This document shows, one piece after another, positions 38,395-51,331 of a stretch of DNA of 64,000 nucleotides (position 1 is the first letter of the stretch; each line of letters starts with the position of its first letter). Both the position numbers and the translations under genes were made by a program. This DNA comes from Lingula anatina. Taxonomy: Eukaryota; Animalia; Brachiopoda. The DNA is taken from NCBI GenBank assembly GCA_051362555.1, contig CM120648.1, forward strand, positions 16,612,587-16,676,586. Reading direction: 5' to 3'. The notes beneath the pieces were generated by a model. The model was not told the DNA's origin, ran no database searches, and was given only the letters and a program-made list of their open reading frames with translations.

Positions 38395-40290
38395 AAACAA
38401 GGCAGCAAAGCTGTCAAATGTACAGACAAAAAGCAGAAAATAATGCACAAAATAGGCTACTGTCACTTCTGATGCAAAAGCCTTACAAGGCAGCAAAGCT
38501 GTCAAATGTACAGACAAAAAGGAAATAATGCATAAAATATCCCACTGTCAATGCTGATGCAAAAGTACATTATGGTTAACTGCAAATTTAACATCAAATT
38601 TTAACTAAGCTCAACAGGTATTACTAATCTAAGTAAAATTCGTAACAATCATAAGGCTTCAGGTCTATGAGAGACAAGTACACACTTTGAAAATGTCAGA
38701 ATGAGAGAAATGAAAATTTATGAAATTGCATTAATGCACAATATTTGATAAATCAATTCAGCTGGTTTTCTAATTTGAGCTTGATGTCAAGCTTAAAATT
38801 GTTCTTGTAAGTTTACAATAATTAGTAACAGTTTTCTTTTCATAACAATTGCAGAGAACAGAGAAGATTTGTCAATTTTGATGTAAAATTATATAATAAA
38901 TTACAGAATAATTATGAGCAAGTTTAATTATTGACTTTAAATAACATGAACATGTAGGAAATTTGATTACTTTTTAGCATTATTGCCCATGGGAGTTCCG
39001 AGTTCCACATTGAATATACCAATACGATAAAAAAGAATATTTGACCACAAGGTATAAGTTGCAGTAAAAGTAGTCAATTAGACTTTCCCAACTCAAGCTG
39101 CATTTTAGTCCTGAGTTTCTTTCCTGTAAGTTTGAGAACAGCAAGTGACATGGTTTTCCTTAAATGGTCATCATGGGAGCAGTACCCAATATAAGGGTTT
39201 CTTCAACTTTTGATGCAATATTACATAATGTTTAACAGCATAATGACCATAAATTTTTAATAATGAAATATTAGTATCATAGATATTCAGAAACTGTGAC
39301 TAGCATAGGTCTTCAGGCCCATGGAACTTCAAAGTCACACCTTAAAAATGCCAAAATGTAAGCAAGACAGCACTGTTCTGAAATGTTTTTTTTTTTTTTT
39401 TTTTTTTTTTTCATTTTTAACAATTTTTAAACATAAAACAAAATTAACAGTTTTCTGCCATTTTTATATGATCAACTAAGAAAATTGATGAGATGGGAAA
39501 AATATCAATACAACAGTGTTAAATGTCCAATTTCCTCCATTCTGAGATTCTGAACACAGTGAATGATTGAATCTGACAAACCGCAATGATATGAATTTAT
39601 TTCCATTTTTGAAACTTTATTACACAATACACGATAACAAGTTTAACATCATTTTTAGGTAATCAACTAACAATGTTATTAAGATGCAGGAAATGTCAAA
39701 CAAACACTTTTACGTATCTTATTAGTTAAATAATGAGACTGTTAACATGCCTAAGAATTGAATCTGAGGAAATTTGAAAAAACAGCATAACTTCTAAAAT
39801 AATGGCCTGATTATGCTTATTTTTGAGCTCAACCTGCATTTTAGCAAGTTTGACCACTCCTGTGAGTTTAATGAAAATGGCCTTTCTGTTTTTCTTATAT
39901 TGTGCTTACAGTGTTGTATATATGCTGAAAAGGAAAAAAAACAGCGTAACTACTAAAATAGTGGCCCAATCATGCTGATTTTCAAACTTGACCTGTTTTT
40001 GTAAGATTGATTACTCCTGTGAGTTTCATGACAACAGGCTAATCGGTTTTTCCTTGAAATGTGTTTAGTGTTGCATATATGCTGAAAAGTGAACAGCATA
40101 ACTTCTACAATAAAGGCCCGTTCATGCTGATATTTGAACTTGACTGTTTTATGAATATTCATCAGCTCTAAATATAAAGCCAAAAAGTAAAACTGTCTTC
40201 CACTTATTGTGTTTACGCTGAAAGTACACGGCAACGGTGACTACAGACACAGGTGATGGCAATATGTACAGACACATCTGTACGTAAAAA
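38395..40290 (-). mobile_element. Helentron-associated element family A, reverse copy with duplicated 3' end
   Basis: Reverse complement of the 12517-16699 units; ggcagcaaagctgtcaaatgtacagaca occurs twice (38401 and 38489). Confidence 0.8.
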
Positions 40291-40929
40291 TGATGCCTGT
40301 TCATGGAAGGATATAAAAAACAGCTGATTTTTTTCCAACTTTTTTTATTTGTACTGAAATGAACATACCACAAGATCAAAGATTTTACAGGAAGAATATG
40401 ATGAAATTTTTCATATATATATATATATATATATATTCATTTGTGAGGAGGTCATGTAAAAAAATAACCCACAAATATAAGTTTTTGAAAGACGGATGTT
40501 CATTGCATTAAGTATACAGTATTGTCAGTTTTTTAGTTAGTTGTTTACAAATTGACCTTGCTGTTGTGATTCTTCATTGCTTGGCAGATAATTAACAAAG
40601 AGCTGAAAATTATTTTCACTGTGGTTAAATTCAGTCTGCACTAACATCTGAAGGAACTTTGAATTCCCCGTGTATTTATAATGTACATGAAGAAAGTGCA
40701 GCAAAGGCAACACTAAATAGCAGCAGCAAATACAGGTGATGCCTAAATATCTAGACAGTGTCTGTACATAAAAAAGAAAACAAGATATACACTGGTGTTC
40801 TATTTATATATTGAAATAAGCGCACATGTCAAAAGATATGAATGTTAAAGTGATAAATGTAATGACTGGGTTATTTATTTACCCACATTAAATCAGTTAT
40901 TTAGAGAGGTTTTTGCATTTAACTATATG

Positions 40930-41130
40930 TTGTCAGTATTTTACAATCCAATATTTACACCTACTTTACAAGTACTAGAGTGTCTCTGTTAAGTAATGTT
41001 AGTATTTTTAATCCAATATTTAAAAGTACTCTAAAGTGCTCTAGAATGTCTTAATTAAGTATTTTAAATATTTTCAATTCAATAATTACAAGATCTAGAG
41101 TGTCTCAATTAAGTATTATCAGTATTTTCA
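40930..41130. repeat. degenerate tandem repeat, about 55-65-bp unit (agtatttt...ccaatattt...ctagagtgtct)
   Basis: three recognisable units. Confidence 0.6.
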
Positions 41131-41136
41131 GTTATA

Positions 41137-41441
41137 GGCCCCATGCTGATCAAAAAGAGCTGAGTACTAGCTAGGCCGCGACCTAAATATGGTGGACCTA
41201 CATGAAAGAGGGGCCTGTAATGGTCTCTCCGCATGTCACATGCCTACCCACATGTCGCCCCTACAGGGGCACAGTAATTTAATCTCGGCTCAATTCAACC
41301 GGTCGAAGGACGACGCATGGGGAGCCGTGTGAAAGGTGGAGACACCATTACAGGACTAAGCCTCCTTCCTTTCATGTAGGTCTGCCATATTTAGGTCGGG
41401 GGCCTAGCTAACACTCAGCTCTTCTCGATCTGAATGGGGCC
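41137..41441. mobile_element. MITE with about 100-bp imperfect TIRs
   Basis: ggccccat...gagctgag...ctaggcc.cgacctaaatatgg..gacctacatgaaag mirrored at the right end; ATA on both flanks (possible 3-bp TSD). Confidence 0.8.
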
Positions 41442-41790
41442 ATACGTTCCCAAGTGTTCACTACGTAAGTGTCAACATTATGTATGTCATTATTCTTAGC
41501 TAAATATTTACAAGTACTGGTATGTCTTCACTGGCTCTGATGACAACACAAATAATGCTCTCAGTATGAAATGTGGGAAATATTTATATTGCATCAAGGG
41601 ATGTCTCATTGTAGATTTTCAGAGGGCTTGCTTTATATCACTAGAAACAGAAAGTCGCTTTATTTATCTTATGATAATATCTAAGGCATCCAAGTAATAT
41701 GGTGGAAATACACCATAGGTTCCTAGTCCACAGTGACCCAAACAACACAAAAAATCTTGACACATACTATCAATCACTGCACATGTAATT

Positions 41791-42216
41791 TTAATGTGGT
41801 CCAATAGGGTTTTCACCTGTAGCAGATGTGGGGAGAGCTGCCATTCCTATCAACAACGGCTCTTCACAAGAAAGCCCATCTCCTCCAAGTTTCTGTAATT
41901 CATCCTCTACATCCTGGTAGCTAACTTCTAGTTCATCTGCCAGATGCCAAAGACCAGAATCCCTGAATGCAGCTTTCAGATGTTTAATTGGTTCTTTTTT
42001 AGGACTGATTGCAACGAGTACTTTGAACAAAGCCCTAGAAGCATCTTGTGGATTTCTCTTTGCATCATTTTTAAGCTTTGTTGTCTCCTCATCTGGTATT
42101 ACATTAAACTGATACAGGTAATCTAAAATTTTTCCCATATAAATGGAAAGTTCTGCAGCAAAGTCAATCACTTTCTCTCTCAGTTTGTTGTACTCCATTT
42201 CACTCAGAAGTCCTTC
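41791..42216 (-). CDS. last exon of death-fold adaptor gene: CARD-like domain
   Basis: tttctcttctag acceptor phase 0. Pattern LREKVIDFAAEL..ILDYLYQFNVI..EE...ASRALFKVL...HLKAAFRDSGLWHLADEL fits the CARD six-helix consensus; AATAAA on - strand at 41659-41664. Confidence 0.75.
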   Translation of the reverse strand, partial: EGLLSEMEYNKLREKVIDFAAELSIYMGKILDYLYQFNVIPDEETTKLKNDAKRNPQDASRALFKVLVAISPKKEPIKHLKAAFRDSGLWHLADELEVSYQDVEDELQKLGGDGLSCEEPLLIGMAALPTSATGENPIGPH

Positions 42217-42545
42217 CTAGAAGAGAAATATTATAAGCCACATTTACAACTTCTACTCCTTCTAACCATGCTGTTGTGTAACTGACTTTAAAATGACACT
42301 ACACCGAGTACTGGTAATCTCAAACAGCCAAACCACTGTCTCATGCATTTAGTTCCAGCTCTTACTCTTTCACTTGGAATATGAACAAATGAAAAACTTG
42401 TTGAATTAAATTAAGACACTGCAGAGAAAGGGAATGTTTTAAATGTGGAATTAATTGTTTTGGAGTCAAATCATATATTGTCATTTTAAAATTTGAAAGA
42501 CTGCTTACTTTATTGGATCATATTCTAGAACATATTGTCAATTAC

Positions 42546-43469
42546 CTTGACTTCATCAATCAAATCTTGTGGAATGTCTTGCTGTCCTTCTCTGTGGCAT
42601 TCCTTTAACTTTAACAACACAATGATGAAAGATGCAATGGAACCCTCAACTTCAGACAACAAAGAAGCCACAATATCGGGAGGACGTGGGGTTTCATCTG
42701 AAATGCCATACATCTTCTTCACTTGGTCCCACACACCATCTTCAGAAAGTGTCTCATTTAATCGTTTTTTCACACTTGGAGGGATATGTTTATGAAATGA
42801 GGCTGTCACATCTTTCTCTTTCGTGAGTGTCATTGATTCCTTTCCTGAGTAATCGTGGTAAACGTTGAATGTAATATGCATGTTACCTGCATTAGCCGTG
42901 ATATGTCTTAAAACCCCAGCAATCTCATGAGGCACTGCTGTAGGTAACCTTTCTAGCTGGTTATCCCCATGGGCCTGATTAAGAACTGTATTTCCCGTTC
43001 TTGTGATAGACTGAGGGTTACTAACACCCTGGTCTTGATCCCCAGCAGCCACAGGGTCCTGTTGTGGAGATAAAGGTGGGAAGTCATGGCCTGATTGCCT
43101 ACTTGTTTGAAAGTGGACGCCACCTTGTTCCTCCAGGTGGTGGTCAGTGACTGGTTCCTGAGGTAGTCTGCTTTCCTGTCCTTCTTGGCGTTGATTTGGT
43201 CCTGTTGACTCACCAGGCAGTGTCTGAGATTGGAAATTGCCTTGTTGCAACAACTGGCTGCCAATGTTGGATTGAATCCTAAGTTGATTCTGTTGGTATG
43301 GGTCTTGCTGGTAATACTGCTGGTTTGGTCTCAACTGAAAGTGGTTGCCACCATGCCTCTGCAGTTCCACACCTGGCAATGGGTGTGAACTCCTTTGTGG
43401 AGCAGATCTTTCACTTTTTGCACCACCAGAATAGCTACCAAGATTGTATAAGTCCATAGGGGGGGCAAC
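42546..43469 (-). CDS. internal exon: Q-rich low-complexity region plus death-domain-like segment
   Basis: tttttcag acceptor and AAG|gtaatt donor, both phase 0 (924 nt), in frame with the CARD exon; IPPSVKKRLNETLSEDGVWDQV...LLSEV..SIASFIIVLLKL...DLIDEV resembles MyD88/Tube-type death domains. Confidence 0.7.
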
Positions 43470-44399
43470 CTGAAAAATATAACAAGAAGTAAACATTACA
43501 TAAGTGGCCTAGCAACAGTAATTCTTTTTAACTAAATACCTCAAGGTTATAAAGGAGGTGTCCAACTATTCTGGTTCTATTTATCAACACTGCACTTGTA
43601 TAATCATTATTTTTGAAGACTACTATTTGGTTGAGAGGCAGTCACCAGAGGTCAATAATTGTAGTGATTTTACCTCACTTTACACCTTGGATCTCCACTG
43701 CCACTGTATGAGCTAATGTCATTGATAAGTTCTTAATGTGTCTTAATTCAATTATATTTTAAGGATGAGTGCAGATAAGGAAAAAGTGCCCACCTTTGTA
43801 CATGAAAAATAAATTGTGAATGACTGAAAAAAAATTGATGACAAATTTAAGTTAGGGTCTTTGGGACCGTTCACATGAAAAATCTATTTTCTAAAAATCT
43901 AAAACTCTTTTGGCAGTATCTTGTGATCACGGTCTGTGCCATGAATACCCCGCGGCATAATTACTGGCAGCGTGAGCGAGTTAAGCTTCCAAGGCTGTAA
44001 TTAATTAACGGCTGTGCTCAGAGGAGATTCATGTGCAGCAGAAAGTTAGAAAGAAAGTAAATGGCGGTTGCTTTGAAAAATGTTTGTCGATTTTGTGCAA
44101 CAACAAGTCAAAGAAGATGAGGTCCACATACACACGACAGATATTTTGTAAGATTAAGAAAGTTAAAATGAAAAATGTTCTTCAGATATTTTTCTTTTTA
44201 GGCCTACTCTTCTCATTTTATTTAAACTCCAGCAATTCAAATTGACCATTTCAGAGACACCTTGCATAACATGACAAATGTCAGAGATGGTGGAGCTTAT
44301 GTAGTTCCACCATTTCCCTTCATCACAGTATCTAAAACATAGTTAAAATGCATAATTTGTGCCACAAGTTACCAGAAGGGTAAAATCTCTGCCCCATGT

Positions 44400-45125
44400 T
44401 GCTAAGTTGGATATCTTCACCAAGAAAGGGATACTTATCCCTGAAGGTGCACAATGTCAACCACCTGCTGCCTGTTAGAAAGCTGAAACAAAGGTTGACT
44501 CCTCAGCTGCCTAATAAGAATGTAGATCCAAGCCTGAAGGATATTAGTGTCATTCCAAGCACAATGAGAAAGGTCTTAGCACATGCACCAACTCCACAAG
44601 GCCTAAATTTTCATGATCCTTCTGCCTTCACTGATGACCAGTACATGTCAGTGACTGGAATTGACAAGAAGCAATTTTGGGAACTAGTTTCCACAGTTTC
44701 CCATAGCATGAGAACAATGTTCAAAGCAAACTGCTGTTGGTATGTTACTAACAAAGCTGAGGACTGGACTATCATATTGCTTGTTATCCACATTATTCTG
44801 TGGCAAAAAGAGCACCATCAGACATGGTGTCCATGCTGCAAGAGAGACTTTCATGAAAGATCTTGTTCCAAAGAATCTTGGCTTTGAGGGCCTGGCACGT
44901 GAGGATGTGAAAGCCAATCACACCACGGACACAGCCAGAACCTTCTTTTCCACTGGGGAAGATTGTAGTATTCTTGTGCTTGATGGTACATATGTTTACA
45001 TAAAGAAGTTCTCTAAATATACCTTGCAGCGTGCTGGACGTACATTGTCCACATGGGAAGACCACTGGTGAAACCCATGATGGTTGTAACATCAACTGGC
45101 TATATAGTTGCAGTCATAGGAGCAC
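44400..45125 (+). pseudogene. degenerate Harbinger/ISL2EU-type DDE transposase
   Basis: Frameshifted pieces: LNFHDPSAFTDDQYMSVTGIDKKQFWEL; LTKLRTGLSYCLLSTLF (HTH-like); ILVLDGTYVYIKK (first catalytic D); RPLVKPMMVVTSTGYIVAVIG; truncated afterwards. Confidence 0.8.
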
Positions 45126-45765
45126 ACAAACAATACGTGGTGCCTCGATATAAAACCAGACGACTTTTGTGTTTTTAATCTCCAAATACTAAAAAAAAAA
45201 TCAATTAAGCTAATTAATAGGCCAAGAACAAGAACTTTTTATATAGTATATTTTATATTAATTATTATTGAAGATAATAATAATAAACGAGTCGCCTTTG
45301 ATGTACGCCCTGCTATAACCTTTATTAAAAAATATCAATTTTTATGAGATTACAAATTGTATTGTATTTGGTTCTATTGCTAATTTGCCTCGCTTTCAAA
45401 AATTAGAACAGGCGCTCCAAAATCTTAAGAAGATGTTAAACATTTTATATTGACCAAACTCACCCCGGGTTTAGAATATCCTCACAGCATTATCTACATT
45501 TAACCTTCCTGTGATTTTAAATGCATTTTGCAATGTCATTTTCAATATGCCCCATGGAACATTTTATTTAGAGAGTAGGGGAGGGGTGAAAAATCCCCAT
45601 TGGGGCCACATATAACACCATAAATACAATGGGAATCCCCTTGTAATGAAGCTAAATTAAAAATAAATGTTATTCTAAGGAAGTCCGATGGATTTACTTT
45701 TTAAAACATAAAATCAATTGAACATTTCTAAAATAAAAATTTCAGAAAGACACCAGAGAGCAAAG

Positions 45766-47240
45766 TACTTCCTATTCAAGTTCTATAGTAACTATGGACC
45801 TATCTCTGCCAGTTTTGGAGATAAAAGGGAACGAAAATTTGCAAAGTTCAGTTCATGGTGAAAAAGTAGGTCAAAGGTTTATGTTAAGGTACAGTAAAAT
45901 TGCCTCTCATGACTTCCTATTCAAATTCAATAGTAACTATGGCCGTATCTTTGCCAGTTTTGGAGTTATAAGTTCTGGACTTAAATGTTGTAAAGGTCAG
46001 TTCATGGTGAAAAGTAGGTTAAAGGTCAATTTCAAGGTCAAAGCTAAATTGCCAGTACTCTATGACTTCCTATTCAAGTTCAATAGTAACTATGAACCTA
46101 TCTTTGCCAGTTTTGGAGATATAAGGGACTAAATGGTACAATTTCAACTAGAGGATCAGAGAGGCGATACCGCCTCCGAATATTGTACCACCAGCTGGAG
46201 CAAGCACATTTGTATAGACCCCCACATACAAAAAATAAGGGACACAGCCACCAGTCTTTTGCTTGACAAGCTGTAAAAATGCAATCAACAAGAATTTTCA
46301 AAATATGCAAAAAATATATATATAACTTAAAATGGTACAATCAAAGTTAAGTTCATCAAAAGGTAGGTCAAAGGTCAATTTTAAGGTCACATTTAGATTG
46401 CCAGTGTATGACTTCCTATTCAACTTCAATAGTAACTATAGACCTATCTTTGCCAGTTTTGGAGATAAAAGGGAAGCAAAATTTGCAAAGTTCAGTACAT
46501 GGTAAAAGTAGGTCAAAGGTCAATTTTAAGGTCACATTAAGATTACCAGTATATGACTTCCTATTCAACTTCAATAGTAACTTTGGACCTATCTCTGCCA
46601 GTTTGGGAGATAAAAGGGAAGCAAAATTTGCAAAGTTCAGTTCATGGTGAAAAGTAGGTCAAAGGTCAATTTCACGGTCACATTCAGATTGCCAGTGTAT
46701 GACTTCCTATTCAAGTTCAATAGTAACTATGGACCTATCTCTGCCAGTTTTGGAGATAAAAGGGCAGCAAAATTTGCAAATTTCAGTTCATGGTGAAAAG
46801 TAGGTCAATGGTCTATTTCAAGGTCACATTTAGATTGCCAGTGTATGACTTCCTATTCAAGTTCAATAGTAACTATGGACCTATCTCTGCCAGTTTTGGA
46901 GATAAAAAGGGCAGCAAAATTTGCGAAGTTCAGTTCATGGTGAAAAGTAGGTCAAAGGTCAATTTCAAGGTCACATTTGGATTGCCAGTATATGACTTCC
47001 TATTCAATTTCAATAGTAACTATGGACCTATCTCTGCCAGTTTTGGAGATAAAAGGGAAGCAAAATTTGCAAAGGTTAGTTCATGGTGAAAAGTAGGTCA
47101 AAGGTCAATTTCAAGGTCACATTTAGATTGTCAGTATATGACTTCCCATTCAACTTCAATAGTAACTATGGACCTATCTCTGCCAGTTTTGGAGATAAAA
47201 GGGAAGCAAAATATGCAAAGTTTAGTTCATGGTGAAAAGT
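45766..47240. repeat. 146-bp satellite-like tandem array (about 6 units at 46345-47240 plus about 2.5 variant units at 45766-46130)
   Basis: atgacttcc recurs at 46408, 46553, 46699, 46845, 46992 and 47138. Confidence 0.92.
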
Positions 47241-48196
47241 AGTCAGGCGGCTCAGTCCAAATTTTATCCAGAATTGTGCAAAAGATGATAAAAGCATGAA
47301 ATTTTCCACGATGAATGACCATTGGGTGTTTGTCAACCCCCCGATCCAAAATAGATGAACACCCAATGGTCACTCATCGTGGAAAGTTTCATGCTTTTAT
47401 CATCTATTGCACAATTCTGGATAAAATTTGGACTGAGCCACCTGACTATACCGTACTGCACATTTTGCTTTCACCACCAATATGTACTTTTTGATAGCGT
47501 AACTCGAAAACCGTTTGGAATACAAGAAAACGGAGACCACTTCCAGTGTTGGGCTTTACATGCTCTACAAAATGCAAAAAAGAATGGGTCTCTAGCATTA
47601 ACGGTTCCCAAATTAGAGACAGTTTTCAGTTTCGGCATCTTATGGCCGCTACTCCCGTGAAAATGCACCGATTGACCCCAAATTCATGGAGATGAAAGAT
47701 GACCTGAAGGGTAACACTTTCCAATAATATTATTGGTTAAGTCTGTGTGGTGTCTGAATAACAGGGCAAAAAAAATTTTTTTCGTAAAAAATATTATTTC
47801 TTTGAAAATTTTGGCCCGTTTGACCTTGAAGTAAAGGTCAAAGGTCAAATCCAAGGGCATATTTGAAATCTACACATATGACTTTTGGAAAGCCGTCTGT
47901 AGAAATTTTTCCCATAACCCCTTCCGTAGGGTAGATAATTAGCATTTAATTTTGCCATTTTTGGACAAGGGTGCATTGCAATGAGTGCCACACCCAGACC
48001 CCAATACGGACAAAGCCCAAATTTTATGTGGAACGAGTTGAGATTGTAGGTGACCTAAATCCAAGAGATGGGTACAGGGGCCCTTACCGTCTAGGAGGAG
48101 AAGCGGTAACGGTAGTCGTCCGGCGGAGCCGGCGGAACGATCTGGACGGGACCGAAACCATGTGTACCGCCAGCGCTAACGCTGGTGGTACAATAA
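46146..48196 (-). mobile_element. Helentron/Helitron-type non-autonomous element (family B) carrying the 146-bp array
   Basis: Perfect 14-bp subTIRs attgtaccaccagc (46182-46195) and gctggtggtacaat (48181-48194); on the - strand the 3' end is hairpin gaggcg-gtat-cgcctc followed by CTAG|TT. Confidence 0.75.
47242..47446. mobile_element. foldback MITE, about 90-bp TIRs, TA on both sides
   Basis: TA-gtcaggcggctcagtccaaattttatccagaattgtgcaa... mirrored by ...ttgcacaattctggataaaatttggactgagccacctgac-TA. Confidence 0.85.
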
Positions 48197-48391
48197 TGTG
48201 CCATACATTTCCTACAAAAGAAATTAATTGAAATAAAGAAAAGGTCATTTTGGTTGAAATTCTTGAAATGGGAGGTGCTTAGAAGTTCCAGATGTTCAAA
48301 TTTCATGAAATAATGTCATTTTTGAACAGAAGTTGTCTGCCTCGCCAAGCCTTATATTTTATTTTCGAGAGGTTCAAAATTTATTACACAT

Positions 48392-51206
48392 TACCGTATT
48401 GCATATTTTGCTTCCGCCACCACAATGTACTTTTTGATACAGCATAACTCGTAAACCGTATGGAAATTTAAAAAAAAAGAAAAAAAAGAAAAAAAAAAAG
48501 GGAGACCACTTGCAGTGTTGGGCTTTACATGCTCTACAAAATGCAAAAAAGAACAGGCCTCTAGCATTAACGGTTCCTGAATTAGAGGCAGTTTTCAGTT
48601 TTGGTATCTAATGGCCGCTACATCTTAGATGACCCCAAACTCACAGAGGTGAAAGATGACCTTAAGGGTAACACCTGCCAATAATATTATAGGTTAAGGA
48701 GGGAATGTAGGTTTGAGATTTTCTCTTAAAATAAAGGTCTTGGCTTTTTTATTCCTGTCACATTCATTTAACGTATCTTCAAAATATCTAATTATGCTGG
48801 GAACACAGCTTTAACTTCATCGTGTGACGTAATATTGGGATTTTGGGGACAAAAACACCATTTTTATACACCTGATTTTCTCAGGCACCTGGACAGCTAT
48901 AAACTTGCTTTTGATGTCATTATGACACTTGAACAAAGTACTACAGCATGGAGTCAGGGATTTTTCTTCAGACACTTATTGTTGATTTTATCTATAAAAA
49001 CGTGAAATTACATCAAAATATTAGGGAATTTTCACTTTCAAAGTCTATAAATTAGAAAAGAGAGGATCAATCAAAATTTCTTAAAAAGCACTTTTAGAGC
49101 ATACTGTTTATAATTAGCATGGTGAATTTGGTCTCCCTCAGGTGTACAGGTAGATAGTTAAAGCTTGTTAAGATAACGCTATCTCGTCAATATTGAAAGC
49201 AAAGAAAACGAGCAAAAACCCTTTCAGTGAAGTTAATTGTCCATATAAGCAAATAAAATTGTTGACAGCTTTACCTGTTATCATTCTGACGATCGCGAAG
49301 ATGGGTACTCTTTTGCCGGTTGAAATTAGCTTGTTTGCATGTATTTGGATGTCAGAAAAATCTTATTTTTGTATCAATCTCACCTCCTGTTAGTAACTTC
49401 AAGGGGTTACCGCTAGCACTGCCAGAATGATTGACAGGCAATCAAGTAAGCCCTAATGACCCAAGCAATCAGTGGCCACGTCAATTGCCGTCGGGGCAAG
49501 TGTTAGGGATGCGCTCTAGGATGTGCACACAATAGCAGCATCGCATGCGGTCTTGTCCACATTCGCCAAGCGAAAAATGGTTCGAAAACACGGTCGTGTT
49601 ACAGGACGCCGATCGGACCACCAACAACAAGAAATAGACGCAACCAGAAAGGCTTTGTTAGAGGAAATGTCTAAAGTTGGGTGAGTCAGGAAAAATTCTG
49701 CGATAATTGTTGAAGAAAAAAAATGTCGGCCTTTAAAGTGCGTACATGAATCCAGAACTGTACCTAGAATTGATGCTAAGGCTAATTCTCCAGCTCATAA
49801 TTCGGAAAAATCAAAATGTTTATAATAAGCTCTTTCGTGACCTCAGCCTGATATAGTTCGCGCGGAGTCTAGCGATATCATTAGATTTATTTGTTTTACT
49901 TTCTTTAATGCACATGTATTGAACCTATGCGCCACCCAGTGAATAATTATGCTAGAGTGTGGGCTGAAGTCCTGTATTTACGCAAAACAATCTTGTGTGT
50001 TATTCCAGTATATTCCATACAGGTGACTTTAATAAGCAGAGAATTTCTTTATATTCCGTGAAAAATACACTAAATTTATATAAAATAATATCATGGTTGG
50101 CCAAAAAAATGTACGCACAGTGCATCCATGCGTATGCCTAGTTACCCCCATGTATATTTTTAAAATCTAACACTAAACTGCATCGACCTGTTGGCGAAAA
50201 TGGATAGAAAGAATGACGATTGTTGTCACGGGTAGCAAGCAACGGAATTTTCTTCTTTTCTTTTGCGTATCTCAAAAAGTTAACAAGAAAATCGAAAGAA
50301 CGCGTGTAACAACAAGCAATATTCAAGGGAGAACGAGTATTTCGAGCAAATCCAATGTGTCGGAAAAGATTCATCTTAGCGCTGATCACAATCAAGAGAG
50401 ACTATCAAAACAGCTTAAGCGGAACAATAGGCACTGCTTTGCCGATCGCTGTTTATGACAAAGGGGGCATGGCGCATCCCTGTTCTATTGTTTCCCTAGA
50501 CGTGCTGATGCTGCTAAGGTCGGCCCACCGAGTTTACCCATGCCAACGGCCCTTGACAACGAAGGCGGGGCATATACCAGGCCACCGCTGTCGATGTGTG
50601 CAGCATCAGAATAATCAGAAAAAACAAATTTTTTGTTCAAAATGTAAAAATTTTATTCTGTTAAACGTTAAATACACGTTTAACCAATAATTAGACATAA
50701 AAAACCAAAAATGGCTATTTTTTAGCTATATTTGGGTACATCTGCTCCTTAAGTCTGTGAAGTTGCTGAATATCAGCACAAATAATCTTTTTTCGTAAAA
50801 AAAATTGTTTTTTTGAAAATTGTGGCCCGTTTGACCTTGAAACAAAGGTCAAAGGTCAAATACAAGGGCATATTTGAAATCTCCACATATGACTTTTGGT
50901 CAGCCATCTGTAGAAATTTTTACCATAATTCCTTCCATATGGTAGATAATTGGCATTTAATTTTGCCAATTTTGGACAAGGGTGCATTGCAATGAGTGCC
51001 ACACCTAGACCCCAGCACCGACGAAGCCCAAATTTTACGTGGAACGAGTTGAGATTATAGGTGACCTAATCCAAAAGAAAGGTACACAGGCCCTTGTAGT
51101 CCAGGAGGAGAAGCGGTAATGATGACATGGCAGCGGAGCCGGCGGAACAGGCGGGTCGGGACTAACACCATGTGTACCGCCAGCGCCTACTCTTGTGGCA
51201 CAATAA
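48392..51206 (-). mobile_element. second, partial family B copy, split by the TTAA insertion
   Basis: 48392-48697 aligns with 47450-47740; 50749-51206 aligns with 47737-48196. Confidence 0.8.
48698..50748. mobile_element. TTAA-flanked DNA transposon derivative, Kolobok-like (2.05 kb)
   Basis: TTAA at 48694-48697 and 50749-50752; empty site ggTTAAgtc in the paralog at 47737; short imperfect TIRs ggagggaatgta / tacatctgctcc with purine-purine 5' ends. Confidence 0.7.
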
Positions 51207-51331
51207 AGGCAGTGACCAATTACAACTTTACACAGTTGTCAGCAATCATCTACGACATTGAAACTATGTCTAAAATTTATCAATAACACACACACACACA
51301 CATAATACTTGAAGAATAATTAAAGCCTCAC

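Noticed and set aside
43674-43712. Possible extra minus-strand exon of the DD/CARD gene (GAG|gtaaaa donor)
   Set aside because: The frame needed to join the phase-0 acceptor at 43469 contains a stop.
45794-47089. Repetitive ORFs (YDFLFKFNSNYGPISASFGD)
   Set aside because: Translations of the 146-bp satellite; the unit is not a multiple of 3.
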